Notes under the pieces: generated by a model
What the model was told of the DNA's origin: nothing
What the model saw: only the letters and a program-made list of their open reading frames with translations
Database searches by the model: none
Shown here: one piece after another, positions 36,207 to 38,320 of the stretch
Position numbering within the stretch: the stretch's first letter is position 1
Layout: each line of letters starts with the position of its first letter
Source of the DNA: Octopus bimaculoides
Lineage: Eukaryota
Reading direction: 5' to 3'
Length of the DNA stretch: 38,320 bases
NCBI RefSeq assembly: GCF_001194135.2
Contig: NC_068982.1
Coordinates: 94,594,720-94,633,039 of the forward strand
Made by a program: the position numbers and the translations under genes

Positions 36207-36468
36207 AAACCGAGACCTCTTCACTGACAAAATTCTCCGCCTGCATCTGAGAAAGTAACTGTTACTTTCTCAGATGCAGCACTGAATTTTGTCGTGGTCT
36301 CAAAGCGACTAAAATATTTTGGCAACTTAAATTTAAATGTTGAAGTGACTCTAACAGTTTTTCTGAGTGTTTTTCAAATGGCTTATAAACACCTTCCATA
36401 CTGCAATTGTTTTTGTTTCAGCACACGATCTCAGATCAGGTCACTTGCTATGCAAGTACATCTCTGTA
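36207..36468 (+). mobile_element. Palindromic MITE: central hairpin plus right arm (same family as 28161-28401)
   Basis: Ends ...GCTATGCAAGTACATCTCTG|TA, the reverse complement of the 28161 start. Contains a perfect 39-bp palindrome at 36241-36279. Confidence 0.75.
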
Positions 36469-36772
36469 AAGTTTGTATATATATATTTTGGAAGTTATTT
36501 CTCCTTCAAATGAATTATTTTGTTATTTACATGCATGCTTATTTGCAAAATTACCAACACACCAGGCATTATTTTGTAATGGTTTTGCAAATTGAATGAG
36601 TACAAAAATTAAGCTCACCTATGAAAATTCCGTAGCAAGGGAATAAATATCTTCCCCCTCTTCCGTTATTTTCTTCACGTTATGATCTTTTTTAATACTA
36701 GAGGCCATTGTAAGCTTCGTTGGATATTAAGCCTGTATATATATATATATATATATATATTATTCTTATAAG

Positions 36773-36925
36773 TGCAGAGAAAGAACGATCGGCAGACGAA
36801 GCTAAAATTAGGAGAATTGAGATAAGATTGATTAAATATACTCTGATACACTGTCTAGCTTTTGCCTTGTCACTATTGAGTTTGCTTGCCATGACAGCTG
36901 CAGGATCGTGTGTTGAAGCAACCAA
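36773..36925 (+). CDS. Candidate host exon (153 nt) encoding a charged loop and a hydrophobic helix, possibly a divergent 7TM TM6
   Basis: Acceptor TATTCTTATAAG and donor ACCAA|GTATTT, phase 2-2. Translation: AEKERSADEAKIRRIEIRLIKYTLIHCLAFALSLLSLLAMTAAGSCVEAT. The opposite strand is also open, so the strand is uncertain. Confidence 0.3.
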
Positions 36926-37229
36926 GTATTTTAAACAGCCTACCTCAAAATTCTTTATAACTAGATGTGAAATAACTTGAGCACTTTAGTCTTCACTAAT
37001 GTCAGTTTAATGTCAGTTTTCACTGATGTCAGTTAACTAGAGTCTTCATGAATATCTGAAGAAATCTTTCACAAATGTGTCCATTTCTGTCAATATAGCG
37101 CCTAACAGATAAAATTTGAGACAAACAATTTCGTTCATTAATATAGAGGTAAATAAATATGTATATATATATATATGTATATGTATGTATATATATACTA
37201 TTAATAGTAGGAGATGGATTTCGTATTAG

Positions 37230-38050
37230 ACTTTTATTAGGTACAACATTGTAAAACTGTCCTATGCTAACTCATCACATATAAAACACCACGTTTACAG
37301 GATTAATAATCGTAAACTAAGACAGCAAATAGACTGCACTCAAAATAAGCCCGCAAAAATTTACCGTGACTCATATAACCAGCCTAGAGAAAATGTAAAT
37401 ACCAACCAATTAATGCATGAAAGTGATAATAAACCACATTATTATAGCAACCAACTGTGAAAAAAACAACTGTAATATCTACAATAATTAACCAATTGGT
37501 CACACCAGTAACAATTCAAACAACGCTAGCACACCCACAAATAAGAATAATAGTAGGATTACCATGACCACGAATATATTGAATACAACCATCGTGTGCT
37601 CGCGGCACACAAGCAAACAAAAAGAAACAACCAATTATGCTCATGCAGAGACAGATCCAAATGTCCCTTGGACAATCAATGCATGACCAGAAATGTGGTG
37701 TATAAGTACACAGTAAACACTAGTGGAGGCCCCTTACGTCGATATCGGTGAATCGGCCGATATTTTCAAAAATCAATATCTCAACCACATTGCTAGCTTT
37801 CGAAAAATCCTTAAACAGCATGTAACATCACTAGCTGATTTTATCTGGAGGCTCAATGAAGAGAAGGCGCAATACGACCTCACCTGGTCCCAAATAAGAC
37901 ATGCGAGACCCTATAACACATTTTCCCAGAAATGCCAGCTATGTTTCGGGGAGTCACTCTCAATATTATTAACGGACTAGCGCATTGTAAACAGATTTAC
38001 CGAACAATTACCCAGGTGCTTGCATACAGCTAGACATACATTCCCATACC
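37230..38050 (+). mobile_element. PLE fragment: linker plus GIY-YIG endonuclease
   Basis: FIRYNIVKLSYANSSHIKHHVYRINNRKL (cf. IFNRNTVKVSYSCM); PKCPLDNQCMTRNVVYKYTV; IGESADIFKNQYLNHIASFR...TSLADFIWRL...ARPYNTFSQKCQLC. Confidence 0.85.
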
Positions 38051-38262
38051 ACAATCTAAGCCACATCTAACTGATGTAAACGTAACACCCACAACTCGGA
38101 TAAAATCTCATATACTAAAAAAGAACCGTATCCAAATAGAATGTATTTAGACATGCAACTTTACAATCCAGGCGTATATATGTATATAGATACATGTATG
38201 TATAAATGTATGTAAGCATATATCTATGAATAAGTATGTGAATATATATGTCTATATAATGC

Positions 38263-38320
<58 letters not shown>

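Noticed and set aside
1-38320. CRISPR arrays, operons or other prokaryotic systems
   Set aside because: There are no regularly spaced repeat-spacer units or dense gene packing, and the content is typical of an animal genome.

Overview
This is eukaryotic, AT-rich, microsatellite-dense DNA, apparently intronic or intergenic. It has ten N gaps (3,879 N by my count, about 10%). The SINE and MITE families look like those of an octopus (coleoid cephalopod) genome; I recognised them from memory and ran no search. I find no intact protein-coding gene, rRNA, true tRNA gene or CRISPR array. The window is a patchwork of decayed transposons: two RTE-clade LINEs, one Dong/R4-clade LINE with a restriction-like endonuclease, six Penelope-like element (PLE) coding fragments (GIY-YIG/RT), a rearranged mariner, a structurally complete non-autonomous Helitron, two half-copies of a palindromic MITE and several tRNA-derived SINEs. 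The most interesting signal is a set of PLE-type hammerhead ribozyme (HHR) motifs. One intact-looking minimal HHR lies inside a tRNA-headed SINE bounded by a 6-bp target-site duplication (18799-19130), which suggests a ribozyme-carrying, possibly PLE-mobilised SINE. A few host-exon candidates are listed at low confidence. Two exact duplications flanking N gaps are probably assembly artefacts.
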